In this document: positions 36,918 through 50,525 of the stretch, one piece after another
Position numbering within the stretch: position 1 is the stretch's first letter
Layout: every line of letters begins with the position of its first letter
Assembly (NCBI RefSeq): GCF_002113885.1
Contig: NW_018408382.1
Coordinates: 127,693 to 191,692, forward strand
Source: Mizuhopecten yessoensis
Lineage: Eukaryota
Direction of reading: 5' to 3'
Length of the DNA stretch: 64,000 nt
Program-made: the position numbers and the translations under genes
Notes under the pieces: generated by a model
Seen by the model: the letters and a program-made list of their open reading frames with translations, nothing else
Database searches by the model: none
What the model was told of the DNA's origin: nothing

Positions 36918-37659
36918 ATGAAGAAACAGACCCTTGTTATTTGCTTGGTGGTAGCCACACTTAGTACAACCCTGGCTAAAGACGAAACGGAGCAGAAACA
37001 GAAGAAGAGACAGTTCGCGGTAGCTCTGCTTGGGCTTGGATCCTTGTTCGGAGAGCTATTTGCAGGGGCTGCAGCTGAAACTGCAATAGGGGCCGGTTTG
37101 GGCTTAGCAGCTGGGACTGGTATTGTAGCAGGTGCTAGTGCAATACACAACCACCACCACACGGTAGTAGATTCAGCACCTTCAGGTAGGATTCAATTCA
37201 TCACGATAGAAAGTTAGTTGTATTTTTTAAGAATACAGAGTAGAGATGTTTGTTTTAATTTATAGACGTAAAGATCAGGTATATATTACGCTCATAAATA
37301 ATGATGTTTGTTGCATGTAGCAAGATAAACTCGTTCAAAATGAATTTTGTTTTTTCAAGTTTAAAAAAAGAGCTTACCAGCGATATTTCGAATGATGTTT
37401 GAAATAGTAGAATACAAAAAATAACAATTGAGTTTTTTCTATAAATAGGATTAGATTTATTGCGCTCGCGTGTGAGTTTGTAAATATATTAATGAAACAT
37501 TTTACCGACCACACATTTGTTACTGCATAACTACAGTATATCACATTTACAGTCGTTCAAACCCAGACACCAGCTCCGCCACCAACCCTGTGTGAAAGTA
37601 CAGGCTTCTGCACTTCCGGTAAATGCGACCTAGGTAATCATTATTATGTTGGAAACGTG
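36918..37659 (+). CDS. Big-defensin-like copy D (open frame, truncated by an assembly gap)
   Basis: Exon 2 (36918-37185, phase 1) is nearly identical to copy A. Exon 3 starts at 37553 with VVQTQTPAPPPTLCESTGFCTSGKCDLGNHYYVGNV and then enters Ns. Confidence 0.8.
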
Positions 37660-37821
37660 NNNNNNNNNNNNNNNNNNNNNNNNNNNNNNNNNNNNNNNNN
37701 NNNNNNNNNNNNNNNNNNNNNNNNNNNNNNNNNNNNNNNNNNNNNNNNNNNNNNNNNNNNNNNNNNNNNNNNNNNNNNNNNNNNNNNNNNNNNNNNNNNN
37801 NNNNNNNNNNNNNNNNNNNNN
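37660..37821. other. Assembly gap (162 N)
   Basis: Run of n characters. Confidence 1.
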
Positions 37822-38855
37822 ATAATATACAACATTTATATAGCGCCCTATATAATTTGTAAAATTACTCTAAAGCGCTTTACAACATATGGATAATAGT
37901 AATGGTTATCATTGTGAAAACAAAACACAAAGGCTTACAATCACTTTTATATATTTAAGCAAGCAATGTGCACATAATTGAACAAATAAAAGGGTGGTAT
38001 TTACATGACGGCTTTGCAAGGATTCTAAAACGCAGACGTGAAAAAGTGAGTTTTGATGTTCCTCTTGAACGTGGCCATGGTATTTGACTTTCTAATAGCA
38101 GATGGTAAGCTATTCCACAACGTAGCCGAAACCCTCCCAAAGCTTCTGTTTCCGAAGGTCACAGTACGAGATTTTGGGACTCGCAACAAAGATTCTAACT
38201 CCGACCGCAGTGATCGTGACGGTTGATACAGGGTAACAAGCTCCTGTAGGTACTGAGGAAATGTTCCATTCAGTGCCTTGTATGTGTACACCAGAAATTT
38301 GTACTGCGACCTGTATCGTACAGGTAACCAGTGCAACGTGTGATGTGCTCTCTTTTTCGAGTACGAGTAACTAGCCGTGCTGCAGTGTTCTGGACCCTCT
38401 GCAGACGGCTAGTTAGTTTGTCAGATATACCACAGAGCAGGGCGTTACAATAATCTAACCGAGAGGTAACAAGTGAATGAACCAAAATCTTGCATGCATC
38501 TGCAGTTATAAACTGCCGAATACAGCCGATGTTCCTGATCTGGTAGTAACAGGATTTGGCAATAGCGTTCACTTGTTTCTCCATGTTCAGTGAACTATCT
38601 AAGTATACCCCCTATGTTTTTAACAGCTGGAACAGTCTCAATAGTTCTGGCACCGACCTTGAGCTGGAGAGCTATTGTTTGCTGACACTTTGGGGAAAAG
38701 ACAATTAGTTCCGTCTTTTCCTGATTAAGCTTAAGCATGTTGGTGTTCATCCAGATACTGATATATGTCAGACAAGCTTCCAGACTTTCTGAGGCTGTAT
38801 TCCAACTGCCCTGTGGTTTGATGACCATGTAAATCTGTGTGCCATCGGCATATCA
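37822..38855 (-). mobile_element. L2-clade LINE, 5'-truncated (RT C-terminus and 3'UTR)
   Basis: WMNTNMLKLNQEKTE, LVTSRLDYCNALL, LQRVQNTAARLV, HWLPVRYR. The 3' end has the L2-type GTAAAGCGCTTTAGA...GGCGCTATATAAAT motif. Confidence 0.9.
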
Positions 38856-39479
38856 ATCGATGTCGAATAGGTACTGTGCTGTGTTAGTAAATATGTCAAA
38901 CAACAGCCTCACTTTGAAAGGACAATGTCACACACAACAGTGTGAACTTCTGAACAAAACTTTCCATAAGGTTCATTAACCGTTTACATAGAACTGAACA
39001 TTTCATTCTTGCTTAGAACCAATAAAAATGATGCGATTTCGGCTCGATTTTTCGATTTGGTCACCATTTCGTACATTAAAGTATAGCTGGCTCGATTTGT
39101 CTATTTGACTGTGATCATGCACTTATTTAACACATGATATGCTTTACTGGTTATCGTATTAGTCATCGAAACGTCACACAATCAATTTTACTGGTTGAGC
39201 TATATTGACCCGTATACAAACTATACTTACCAACCTGAAGAAAATGTTTCGAAATGTCTATGTTAATGTGGGGTTTTTTTCTTTTCAGAAATTTCAACAA
39301 ATGTAAGGACGATCGGAAGCATCTGAATTGTCGCTCTTAAGAATAAAAGAAGACATAACTACTAAATGCATTGATTTATACTTAGTGTTGTAGGGTTCTT
39401 TGGTGTGACGTAACACTAGCAGTTGAGACTATCCACTGCGTCACCCAACTACCCTGAGGTTGTGTTAAGTTTAAACCTT

Positions 39480-41291
39480 ATTTTATTCATGTCAATTAAC
39501 ATGTACAATTACAAAGACATTTCATTATGATGATTGGGAAACAAGTACTATTGTACTTATACATAGTCCTTCTCATCGTTCACAACAATCTTAGCTGATA
39601 ATACATGTACAGTATATAACTTTGCAGTGATAGCCTAAATATGTACATAAGAAACTGTTTAGAAGGAAAGAAAGAACATGATACATATATTAGGGATAAA
39701 GAAAATAGTTAATTTTAAATGATATCTCAATGTAGTTAAATTCTAATTGCTTGTAAATCTTCTTGTTGATTTGATAAAATTTTGAGTAGCAGTACCTTTT
39801 TATACACAAAATAATACATAAGGGATTGTCAACAAGATTTCTGTCAAAAAGATGACGTTTTAAAGAACTGCATCCGAGACGTAGTCTAGTATGATATATT
39901 TGACATTGTCTCGATCCTACATAATAATATTCAGGGGGACGTTTCTTAGAGTTTTGGTCGAGATAGGAAAACGAATCTCATACGGAATATTATTCTCAGA
40001 AGAGAATCTGATACCTGCAAAATCGTTACCATGCCTAGTGCTGTAGTTATGCATTTTAGGCATGCTAGGAGGTACAAGCTTGGAAAGATAATCAGGAGTG
40101 AGACGATGAAGCATTTCAAAAATGTGTGTCAATTTATGTTTTTATTTTATTTATTTCACATAAATGTTCCCTTCTGGTTTCTATATACAACTTATATAGG
40201 TTTGTAAGTTTTTTAGCACCACATAATATTCTCGCTGCCTCCTGGTTAATTTTCTCAAGCTTATTTACATATCCAATAGTTATATTGTCCCAGACGACGT
40301 CAGCACATTCCAAAATAGATCTTATAAATGTAAAGTCTTATATTTGTAAACTTTTTCTATCAAGGGTAAAACATGTTTTCCGAGAAAGGTTTATTTTCAT
40401 CGTCACCTTGTTGATAATGTCATCAACATGCATAGACCAACTACAATCTTCAAACAGTGTAACACCTAAATGTTTGTGGCAGCTCACATTTTCTATTGGG
40501 GCATTGTTAAGATATAGTAAAGGATGATTGGGAGAGTCATTAATTAGTCGTTCAGCTGCCAAGAAGGGCGTATCAACTATAATATAAATCGAGGTGTCGT
40601 TAGCGAAAAGCTTAATTACAGAGCCAATATCAATAACAATATCATTTATATAAATTAAAAACATAAGAGGCCCTAATATCGAACCTTGAGGAACACCAGC
40701 CTTGATATCTGCCAATTATGATTCCACTCCATTAATTATAACGTTTAGTTTTCTGTTTGTTAAATAGTTTTTGAACCATTGAATCTCTTTACCGCCTAAT
40801 CCAATATTAATAAGTTTGTATATAAGGCTTTTGTGCCACACATGGTCAAATGCCTTGCTTATATCACAAAACAAAGTTCTTACTTCTTTTCCCGAGTCAA
40901 CTGCCCTTCTCAAATAATTTGTAATATCCAATAATTGATTTACTGTGGAATCGCCGGGGCGAAATCCAGACTGGCATTTTGTAACTTAATTATACTCATG
41001 AAAAAAAAATTGTGAACATACACCCCTCCAATAATACTTAAAAGAGAAATAGGGCGATAAGTGTTCACGTCATTCTTTTCGTTCTTTTTATGTACATGAA
41101 TAACATAAGCTATTTTCCAAGAGTCTGGAAATATGCCAGTTTGTATAGGTTGTGTGTACACACAGAAAACAGAAAACAAAATAGGTATAATTAACAGGGT
41201 GGAATCATACTTGGCAGATAGCAAGGCTGGTCTTCCTCAAGGTTTGATATTAGGGCCTCTTATGTTTTAAATTTATATAAATGATATTGTG
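39480..41291 (-). mobile_element. CR1-group LINE remnant (reverse transcriptase)
   Basis: YRPISLLS, DISKAFDHVWH, GVPQGSILGPLMFLIYIND, FANDT and HKHLGV, with stops and frameshifts. The 3' boundary is approximate. Confidence 0.9.
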
Positions 41292-44200
41292 TTGTACAAA
41301 TATATATGTTGTTTAACAGACTAAGTATGAAATCAGCCTCACCAGACTAAATTTTCAACAAAGACAAACCGATAACAAAACTGAGAATAAGTAATCATAC
41401 CCGAAAGATCCAAACGGGCAGAGCTAAAGAATACTCGACAACCCCGTCTTGTAAGAACTGTAACAACACACTAGAATACGAAGTACATTTCGTTTTTGTT
41501 GTATGTACTACTCCGACACTAGGAAATTATTTTTGAAATAAATATGACAATTACATCATTAACTGACATGCACAATTTACAAAGGATATCATCTAATGAG
41601 CCAATATCTTTGCAATGTTTGGGTCTCTTCATTAAAAAGTCTTTTGAACTGAGGACAATGGATTTACAAAGCATGTGCTTAGTATCAAAATTATGCTTAT
41701 ATATAGGTACAATATGTTTGTATTCGGCTTATTTGCAGTTATATCCATATCATGTAATCTTGTTTGGATGCGAATTGCAGTAAAAGTTTAACTGAAATAA
41801 ATATAAATTTAAATATGTTCGTATTGTGAAGTAGCTAAAATATGTCATTATATTTATTTTTCATATATTATGTATTTTTTCAAAGTTGGAGGAAATAAGG
41901 AGAATAACAACCTGCAGTAGTTGGGCTTTAATTGATTCACCGAACAATACGATGTATAGCTTACCTGTATTGACTATATACCTGTACGCTTACCTGTGAC
42001 CACTTATACATGTACGTTTACCTGTATCTGTATGTATACACGCGTCTGTAACAGGGGACGTAAATCCTATATACAAAACCTGATAGGAGTTTAGGGCTCA
42101 ACGGCGCTGTTGCTATGCTGTTTGTTGTCAAAACGCTCCGACTCAATAACCTATAAATATACCTATATATTCTCTACTGAAGAGTGCTAGCCGTGTACTC
42201 GGATTTTTTTTCTTCGTAATTCTTCAGCGAGGAGGACCATGACAGAGGAAGGTGGGTCTGAATAACACCATTGTACTATTAACTCTTACAAACAATAATC
42301 CATTTTTACCTTTAATGTAAAATTCATGAGTAAACAATGACTTGATTGTACCGTGGCCGCTATCTGCCCGGAACATCTAACCCGTAATGGCCCGGGATCT
42401 CGTGAAATCGATATATGCTTACACTGTAGTGCTAACACTCCCAACAGAGTGTCTTGGAATGTGAACACTCCAAGATTTTCCCAGCTACAAATTTGATTTG
42501 AGAAGGGTTTGTTTAATCTGTTTCTTATATTAAATCTCCCCGATCAGGGTGACATGAGTGTTGGTGTTTATGTTGTATGGCTCAATACACATTTGACGTA
42601 ATTTCCTGTACCACGAACACACGGCTGTCTGTCCGCCGGTGTTTACCGATCTCGGAATGGTTTATTTGTCCATCAATCACACATAAAGAGAAGTTTCGAC
42701 AGCACAGTCGGGCGAAAGTAAAAGGATCAATGTAAACTCGTTTTTTTTTAATTGTGCAATATTTCGGCACACCGCTACGTATGTTTTTGCCTAGGGTACC
42801 AATCAACTCAGCCATAGGATTTAAAATATGAAATTATTCAATTGGCCTGCTTCAAATGTATTAATACACTGGGAGAACTAGAGCAGAATATCGGTATTCG
42901 ATTGCTTTGTAGGAACATCACACTGTGGGATGCCAACACTCCATTGTCAACTTCTTGCATCACAAATCAATCTGACTTTAAGTTTGTACATACAGATTAG
43001 ATAGTACTAAGAAACTGTTTCGAGACCTCTTAACAAATATATAGAAAGCAATATTTGAACAACGGTTCAAAGTATGAAGACTCAATGTGTTGGATGGTAC
43101 ATGTACTATCATTAGTGGCTACAAAGGCCTATCTCCGCCCTATCCTTTTTAAAATGCCGTGGAATCGTCAAACTTGAACAGTAAACCTACATTTTGCCAT
43201 TTCCCCTTTCGTATTCCTTGCAATGCCGAGGATATATACGTACATTGACGAAACCAACCCATATATGCACAGGGACACATGTCAAATATAAACCGGAGTC
43301 ACAGCATATATACTACTTTATTATTACTGTGACGCCCATTTATGTTATAGCATGTAGCGCGCCCCTGTGTATACAAGTCTCTACACGGGACATCGTATTT
43401 GGTGTCATCGACGAATCAGAAGACGCTTGTCCTTCTGGAACGCAAGGTCTTATTCTATTTGTACTTTTTCAGTGATCTCCATGTAAATATTTTGCCATGA
43501 TTTAATCGATTTTGATTCCAAATACAACTGTGTTGACAATTTGGTATTCTCTTGGTTTTTTTCCTCAAAAGTTTGGTTTCATATTGAACTCCCTATCTTG
43601 TGTTGTCTTCCCTCCCGTTTTGGCGTTCTGTTGCTGACTTTGTTTTCCTTCAAGGAATATTTTCTTCGTGTTAAAATGATGAGCTCGTGTTATAGAACAA
43701 TGAACCTTCTTCCCAAGGGTATTTGGTATTGTGGAAGAAAAGTTGCTCTTGATGAAGAACGATTAAGTCGAAATTATTAAATCAGCAAAACTGGGGTCTG
43801 AAACGTCCACTTATACCCACGGTATATGTCAATGGAATCATCAGGTACAGCCTGGCGAAACAGATGGTTTTGGCATACCCCGTGTACGACTCTATTTCTA
43901 ATACCCCGTGTACGACTCTATTTCTAATACTTAAAACCAGATTACGTTTACTGAGTTATATGGAATGTGAACAAATTAATTAAATCTCTCATTTCAACTA
44001 TAAATATTGATTTTATGTTAGTTATTGTTCATGCTTTTAAAGATCAATAAATCAACTTCGGGATATTGGTTTCGCTTCAACCTATAGAAGTTATGGATTA
44101 TGAGCTTTCTAACTAAATAATGCAATTAGTCGATTTCAAAACTCATGTCTTTGAAGCTTTTCGTGAATTCACATGTAGTAATCTTTAAATCCACCAGGCC

Positions 44201-45012
44201 CGTTTGTCCACAACAGTTAATGGATTGTATGCCTCCTACAACATCGCTGGCCGCGATGATGGAGATTACATAGATTATTACAGTGTCACAGAATGTCCCG
44301 TACATTTACTGTTTCACTCAAAGCTCGCCGATACGATTGTATAAAATCAATAAATGTCTGATAAACTGGTTTCCTATGTTATTTACGTAAAAATATGTAC
44401 ATTTTAATTAATACTGAAGACGAGTATTGACACGAGACCAATCACCACGTCGATTACAAACACAGAGCGGCTGTACACCCCTTGACAGAGCAGGTCTGTC
44501 TCGCTGTCGCCAAGGCGCCTCTTGTTAGTATTGATAGGCGCTCCATCAACAGTTGTCTGCTCACTGAGGACCACGTATATGTCTTAAGCCACTTCCACGA
44601 CGGATTTACGTAACTATTTTGAAGACAACGGATTCTTTTTGTAAAGTGAACGTGTTTTCTGGATCTAAATAAGTGATTTATTGTGTGAATTTTGATCTGA
44701 GTGGACAAAATCTCCATTCACGGTATTCTGACCAGAGAATCTTTGTGGAAGTCATTCTCTCCATAGTCGATAAGTGTATGACGAATAGGTTGGATTTTAA
44801 TGAATTATTTTTGTGACGTGAATATATATTAGCCCATATCGTCTATTTCTCGTCCATTTCTCGTTGTTGGATTGTACACTCCAAAGGTACCCACGGACAA
44901 TATTCTTTAAAATATAAAAAATATGCCGGGCCCCCGAGATCCAAAGAAAAAGAAAAGTAAGTCGTTGTCGTTGACTTTCAATCGTAAACACGTAACTTCG
45001 GCTTATAAAGTT

Positions 45013-45460
45013 AAAAGAGGCCCTATGGGCCTTAATCGTTCACCACGTATGTTATGCTGTGGGCAAATGAATCTGCATGAACGTTTAAAGTAGGTCAAGG
45101 TCAAAGCATTTCAATAAAGTTGATATAAAACAAACGAATACTAACGGATTCATTTGCTCTTTATAAAGTTAAAAGAGGCCCTATGGGCCTTTATCGTTCG
45201 CCACGTATGTTGAACGTTCAAAGTAGGTCAAGGTCAAAGCATTTCAATAAAGTTGATATAAAACAAACGAATACTAACGGATTCATTTGCTCTTTTGTAA
45301 CCTTGACATTGGGTAAAGTACACTCATCCAAGCGTGCTCGTGGCCGAATGTCTTTACATTAGGCCTCATGGTTAATAGAAGAAGTTTTTAATGTATAATG
45401 TTGGAGAGGACGGAGGGACGGTCGGACGAAAGGCGCCGCACCATCCAATAAGCTCACATG
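45013..45460 (-). mobile_element. Helentron-derived element end, tandemly duplicated (~160 bp x2)
   Basis: AAAAGAGGCCCTATGGGCCTT hairpin at 45013 and 45171; GGAC-type microsatellite remnant near 45410. Confidence 0.55.
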
Positions 45461-45975
45461 TGTTTCGTGCCAGATGCTATCAAATTTATTTTTCGGAAGA
45501 TGCTGGTTCAGAGTGAAGTTGAAATTTAACAATACTGAACTTGAACGGAAATATCTAATGAGAGGCTATAGATTTAACTATTGATGGCAACCCTTTGTTT
45601 TAACTTCTCCTCGGGTTCTGTTTGTTTGCTTTAGTGTCAAATGGATCTGCTATTCTGTCCTGGTGTGTTTAAACCGCAGTATTATTCATATTTATTTCAT
45701 TACAAAAGCCCCGGCGGTGATTTGTACAGCCATGACAAGTTGTAAATTTATTCGGAGTAAGGTAATCCGATAGTTGATTTATTCACCTTAAAATAATAGT
45801 ACATTTCTAGATTATTTGTAAACCTTTTAAAAACCCACCCCAACGTGAATGGGTGTCTGGTAGTTATAGAACAAACCCAACCCCGTCACAGTTGGTATTT
45901 AGTTCTAGAATACACCTATCAAACCGAACTCTCGCGTAATACATATTGCTATAGATTTAACAATAGGTACCATTT

Positions 45976-48119
45976 TACAACACTGGGTATTTACTAGTCC
46001 TACAACACTGGGTATCTACTAGTCGTACAACACTAGGTATTTACTAGTCCCACAACACTGGGTATTTACTAGACCTACAACCCTGGGCATCTACTAGTCC
46101 TACAACACTGGGTATTTACTAGTCCCACAACACTGGGTATCTACTAGTCCTACAACACTGGGTATTTACTAGTCCTACAACCCTGGGTATCTACTAGTCC
46201 TACAACACTGGGTATCTACTAGTCGTACAACACTAGGTATTTACTAGTCCCACAACACTGGGTATTTACTAGTCCTACAACCCTGGGCATCTACTAGTCC
46301 TACAACACTGGGTATTTACTAGTCCTACAACACTGGGTATTTACTAGTCCCACAACACTGGGTATTTACTAGTCCTACAACACTGGGAATTTACTAGTCC
46401 CACAAAACTGGGTATTTACTAGTCTAACAACACTGGGTATCTACTAGTCCTACAACACTGGGTATTTACTAGTCCTTAAACACTGGGTATTTACTAGTCC
46501 CACAACACTGGGTATCTACTAGCCCTACAACACTGGGTATTTACTAGTCCAACAACACTGGGTATCTACTAGTCATACAACACTGGGTATTTACTATTCC
46601 CACAACACTGGGTATCTACTAGTCATACAACACTGGGTATTTACTAGCCCTACAACACTGGGTATCTACTAGTCCGACAACACTAGGTATCTCCTAGTCC
46701 GAACAACACTGGGTATTTACAAGTCCTACAACACTGGGTATCTACTAGTCCTACAACACTGGGTATCTACTAGTCCTACAACACTGACTATCTACTAGTC
46801 CTACAACACTGGGTATCTATTAGTCCTGCAACACTGGGTATTTACTAGTCCTACAACACTGGGTATCTACTAGTCCTACAACACTGGGTATCTACTAGTC
46901 CTACAACACTGGGTATCTACTAGTCCCACAATACTGTGTATTTACTAGTCCCACAACACTGGGTATTTACCAGTCCTACAACACTGGGTATCTACTAGTC
47001 CTATAACACTGGGTATTTACTAGTCCTACAACACTGGGTATCTATTAGTCCTACAACACTGGGTATTTACTAGTCCCACAACACTGGGTATTTACCAGTC
47101 CTACAACACTGGGTATCTATTAGTCCTACAACACTGGGTATTTACTAGTCCTACAACACTGGGTATCTACTAGTCCGAAAAACACTTGGTATTTACTAGT
47201 CCGAAAAACACTGGGTATTTACTAGTTCTACAACACTGGGTATTTACTAGTCCCACAACACTGGGTATTTACTTGTCCCACAACACTGGGTATTTACTAG
47301 TCCCACAACACTGGGTATTTACTTGTCCCACAACACTGGGCATTTACTAGTTCTACAACACTGTGTATCTACTAGTTCTACAACACTGGGTATTTAGTTG
47401 TCCCACAACACTGGGCATTTACTAGTTCTACAACACTGGGTATCTATTAGTCCTACAACACTGGTTTTTTACTAGTCCCACAACGCTGGGTATTTACTAG
47501 TCGTACAACACTGGGTATTTCCTAGTCCTACAACACTAGGTATCTACTAGGCCGAACAACACTGGGTATTTACTTGTCCCACAACACTGGGCATTTACTA
47601 GTCCCACAACAGTGGGTATTTACTAGTCCCACAACACTGGGTATTTACTAGTCCTACAACACTGGGTATTTACTAGTCCGAAAAACACTGGGTATCTACT
47701 AGTCCGAAAAACACTGGGTATTTACTAGTCCGAAAAACACTGGGTATTTACTAGTTCTACAACACTGGGTATCTACTAGTTCTACAACACTGGGTATTTA
47801 CTAGTCCTTCAACACTGGGTATCTACTAGTCCTACAACACTAGGTATCTACTAGTCCTACAACACTAGGTATTTACAAGTCCTACAACACTGGGTATTTA
47901 CTAGTCCTACAACACTGGGTATCAACTAGTCCGAAAAACACTGGGTATTTACTAGTCCTACAACACTGGGTATTTACTAGTCCTACAACACTGGGTATCT
48001 ACTAGTTCGAAAAACACTGGGTATTTACTAGTCCTACAACACTGGGTATCTACTAGTCCTACAACACTAGGTATCTACTAGTCCGAAAAACACTGGGTAT
48101 TTACTAGTCCTACAACACT
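45976..48119. repeat. 25-bp minisatellite, ~85 copies
   Basis: Unit TACAACACTGGGTAT(T/C)TACTAGTCC. Confidence 0.98.
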
Positions 48120-48252
48120 CGCGTGTTTCTTTTATATCAAAGAATGTCAGGATCTTTTGTGTCTGAACCCTGTTTTCTTGGTGGGATCCTCTTGAGTTTA
48201 TCACGAGTTTACATACTAAATCTAATTCATGTGTTATATTTGCCGTTTTCAG

Positions 48253-48638
48253 TGGCGACAGCAACGAAGACGAAGGAGTCTGCAGTGCTGAAGGACAGCA
48301 GCCTCGCCATTCTGGCCAAGGAGATCGGCCAGGAAGACCTAAATGGACTTGTGTTGACCATGTACCTTAACGTCCCAAACACAGACATTGTCAATATCGC
48401 CAACGGTGCGTCTGAATGTGGACTCGTAGACGCTAACGAATCACTGCGATCAGAAACAACGCGCAAATGTCTGATACACTGGAAGAACATGCGCGCTGGA
48501 GTAAAGGAGCGGGAAAAGGTGAAAGAATTGGACAGAGCACTGAAGGAACTTGGGAAAGCAGAAATCGCCGACGTTGTGTCAGAGCGACACTCAAATAACG
48601 CCGATTTGACGCCTGATGCTTTCTCTAACCTTGGTTAA
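48253..48638 (+). CDS. Death-domain-containing protein, terminal coding exon (candidate start exon 42239-42251)
   Basis: Acceptor TTTTCAG at 48251-48252. The exon encodes LKDSSLAILAKEIG...LTMYLNVPNTDIVNI...KCLIHWKN...LDRALKELGKAEIADVV, a death-fold pattern (LxxW, LxxALxxxGxxxIA), and ends LTPDAFSNLG*. Confidence 0.75.
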
Positions 48639-50293
48639 AGGAGGCTTTAAAACAGACTTTAACACATTACATCGACCGCCACATTTCGTTTCTACTTTTA
48701 TATCGACACTATTTTAATCCAGTGAATGGTAAGGTTATGTGCTTCTAGCGTAATTAAGGATGTATGTTATCTAAATGAATCTCCTTTCCTAAAGCGTTAG
48801 ATTTTTTGAAGTGTAATTTGGACTATTTTAATTAACTGACACACATTAGCAGGTATCCAACAAATGAACTGCTTTAAAAACAGCTGAGGATAGTTTAAGA
48901 CAACTAGGGGAGATAACCCCGCCACAAATAATATCACATGTATACATGTTTCGACACCAATGATCTAGGTATTACTGTTTGTGATGTAGATCTGTTATTA
49001 ATAATTTGTGTGTAAGGTAGCCTGTGATTTGAATATGTACATGTGTATAACAACAAACACTTCATTTATAAACGTTGAACTAGCTGATCCGTGCTAGCTG
49101 GAAAGCAACTAACTTTGATCACAAATTACCAGAAGAATGTATGCAACTTTAACTGCCAAAATATCTTGTTCTTGGAAAATGTTTAAACAAAAAACTACTG
49201 GATCAATATACCGATACTCAAAACATACGAGTTAATTTGTATTGTATTCATAATTGTAATATTTTCATAATTAAATATTGAAAAGATATTGTATTTAGTT
49301 ACGTTTTAAATATATTGACTTACGGGATGAATCTATACCAATTAATCGCTCACCGGGCTTAGTGGAACAATAATTTAATTATTTCCAATTTGTACATGTC
49401 TTCATGTCCGATAAATTACCTCTGACCTACTGGGAATGAATCCTTAGGATTCGATACACAATGAAGCAGTCCTATCCGATTAACACTTTCTGGATGACTC
49501 CTATATTGTATAACACCAATCCTAGATTGAAACATCATGAGTACGCAAGACCGAGCCAACAGAGGAAATCATGCTAGCCAGTGAGTCAGAGGGGCGAAGG
49601 ACGGGATCTCAATAGGGGAAATATTGGTAGTCCTTTAAGATCCGACTCCTTCAGTACCTGTAAAGGGATTTTAACCAAATTACCTCGAAGAGTATCTATT
49701 GGCCACGGGATCACAACATCATGAAGTTTGTTCAAATCCCCCGATGAGGTTGGCGACAAAACATGAATTTTGGTTTTTAAAACTGTATTTCTCAAAACCA
49801 ATCGAGATCCTCACTATATCACCACATACTGTGCTTCCAGGATTGGCCCAGGAGTCCTACCTCGCCACAATGGACCTAGTCCTCAATCATATCTAGGGAT
49901 GGCAGAGATCCCCACTTACGTATATATTTGTTTGGGATGAAGAGACGAATACATCCATGCTTCCACGAATTGACTCAAAAATCTGGCCTAGCCAATGGGG
50001 ACTGAAAATCCTGTTCATGACATAGAAACAGTTTTGATCCACTTATGCTACAATAATTGCCTCAGAGTCCTGTCAACCCCTGGGGACTTCACTTATTCCG
50101 TGTTCATACTAATTAAAATTAAAGACCCTTGGAACACTAAAGATAAAAGGTATTTCCACACCGTCTTCGTCTCCCGGTCCATAACGGATACATGTATATA
50201 AAGATTCCTTCGACTTTTTCTATTTATTGTACTCTTTTGACATACCTGTATCTTATTTGTCTGCCTGTTATGATAGTAGTGCCACCTTCACCT

Positions 50294-50525
50294 GGGCCCG
50301 TATTCAGGAAACCGTTCTCATGCTCAAGCATGACGTTTTAGTCACGTGACACGGTCAAAAAGTCAATTGTAATAATTTAAAATGTATGTTGCAGTTAATC
50401 TTTGCAAAATTCATCCAAATCATTGACAAAATGTGATTTTTCATTAATTTATCACTGTAACAGAAAATGTGACTTGAGCACAGATTCCAAGTTTGAGCAC
50501 GAGAATGGTTTCATGAATACAGGGC
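50294..50525. mobile_element. Harbinger-like MITE
   Basis: GGGCCCGTATTCAGGAAACCGTTCTCATGCTCAA / TTGAGCACGAGAATGGTTTCATGAATACAGGGC inverted termini. Confidence 0.65.

Noticed and set aside
45976-48119. CRISPR-like appearance of the 25-bp array
   Set aside because: Units are head-to-tail with no unique spacers, there are no cas genes, and the context is eukaryotic.
49370-50200. GC-richer stretch with short ORFs
   Set aside because: Likely a decayed retroelement; no diagnostic motif seen.
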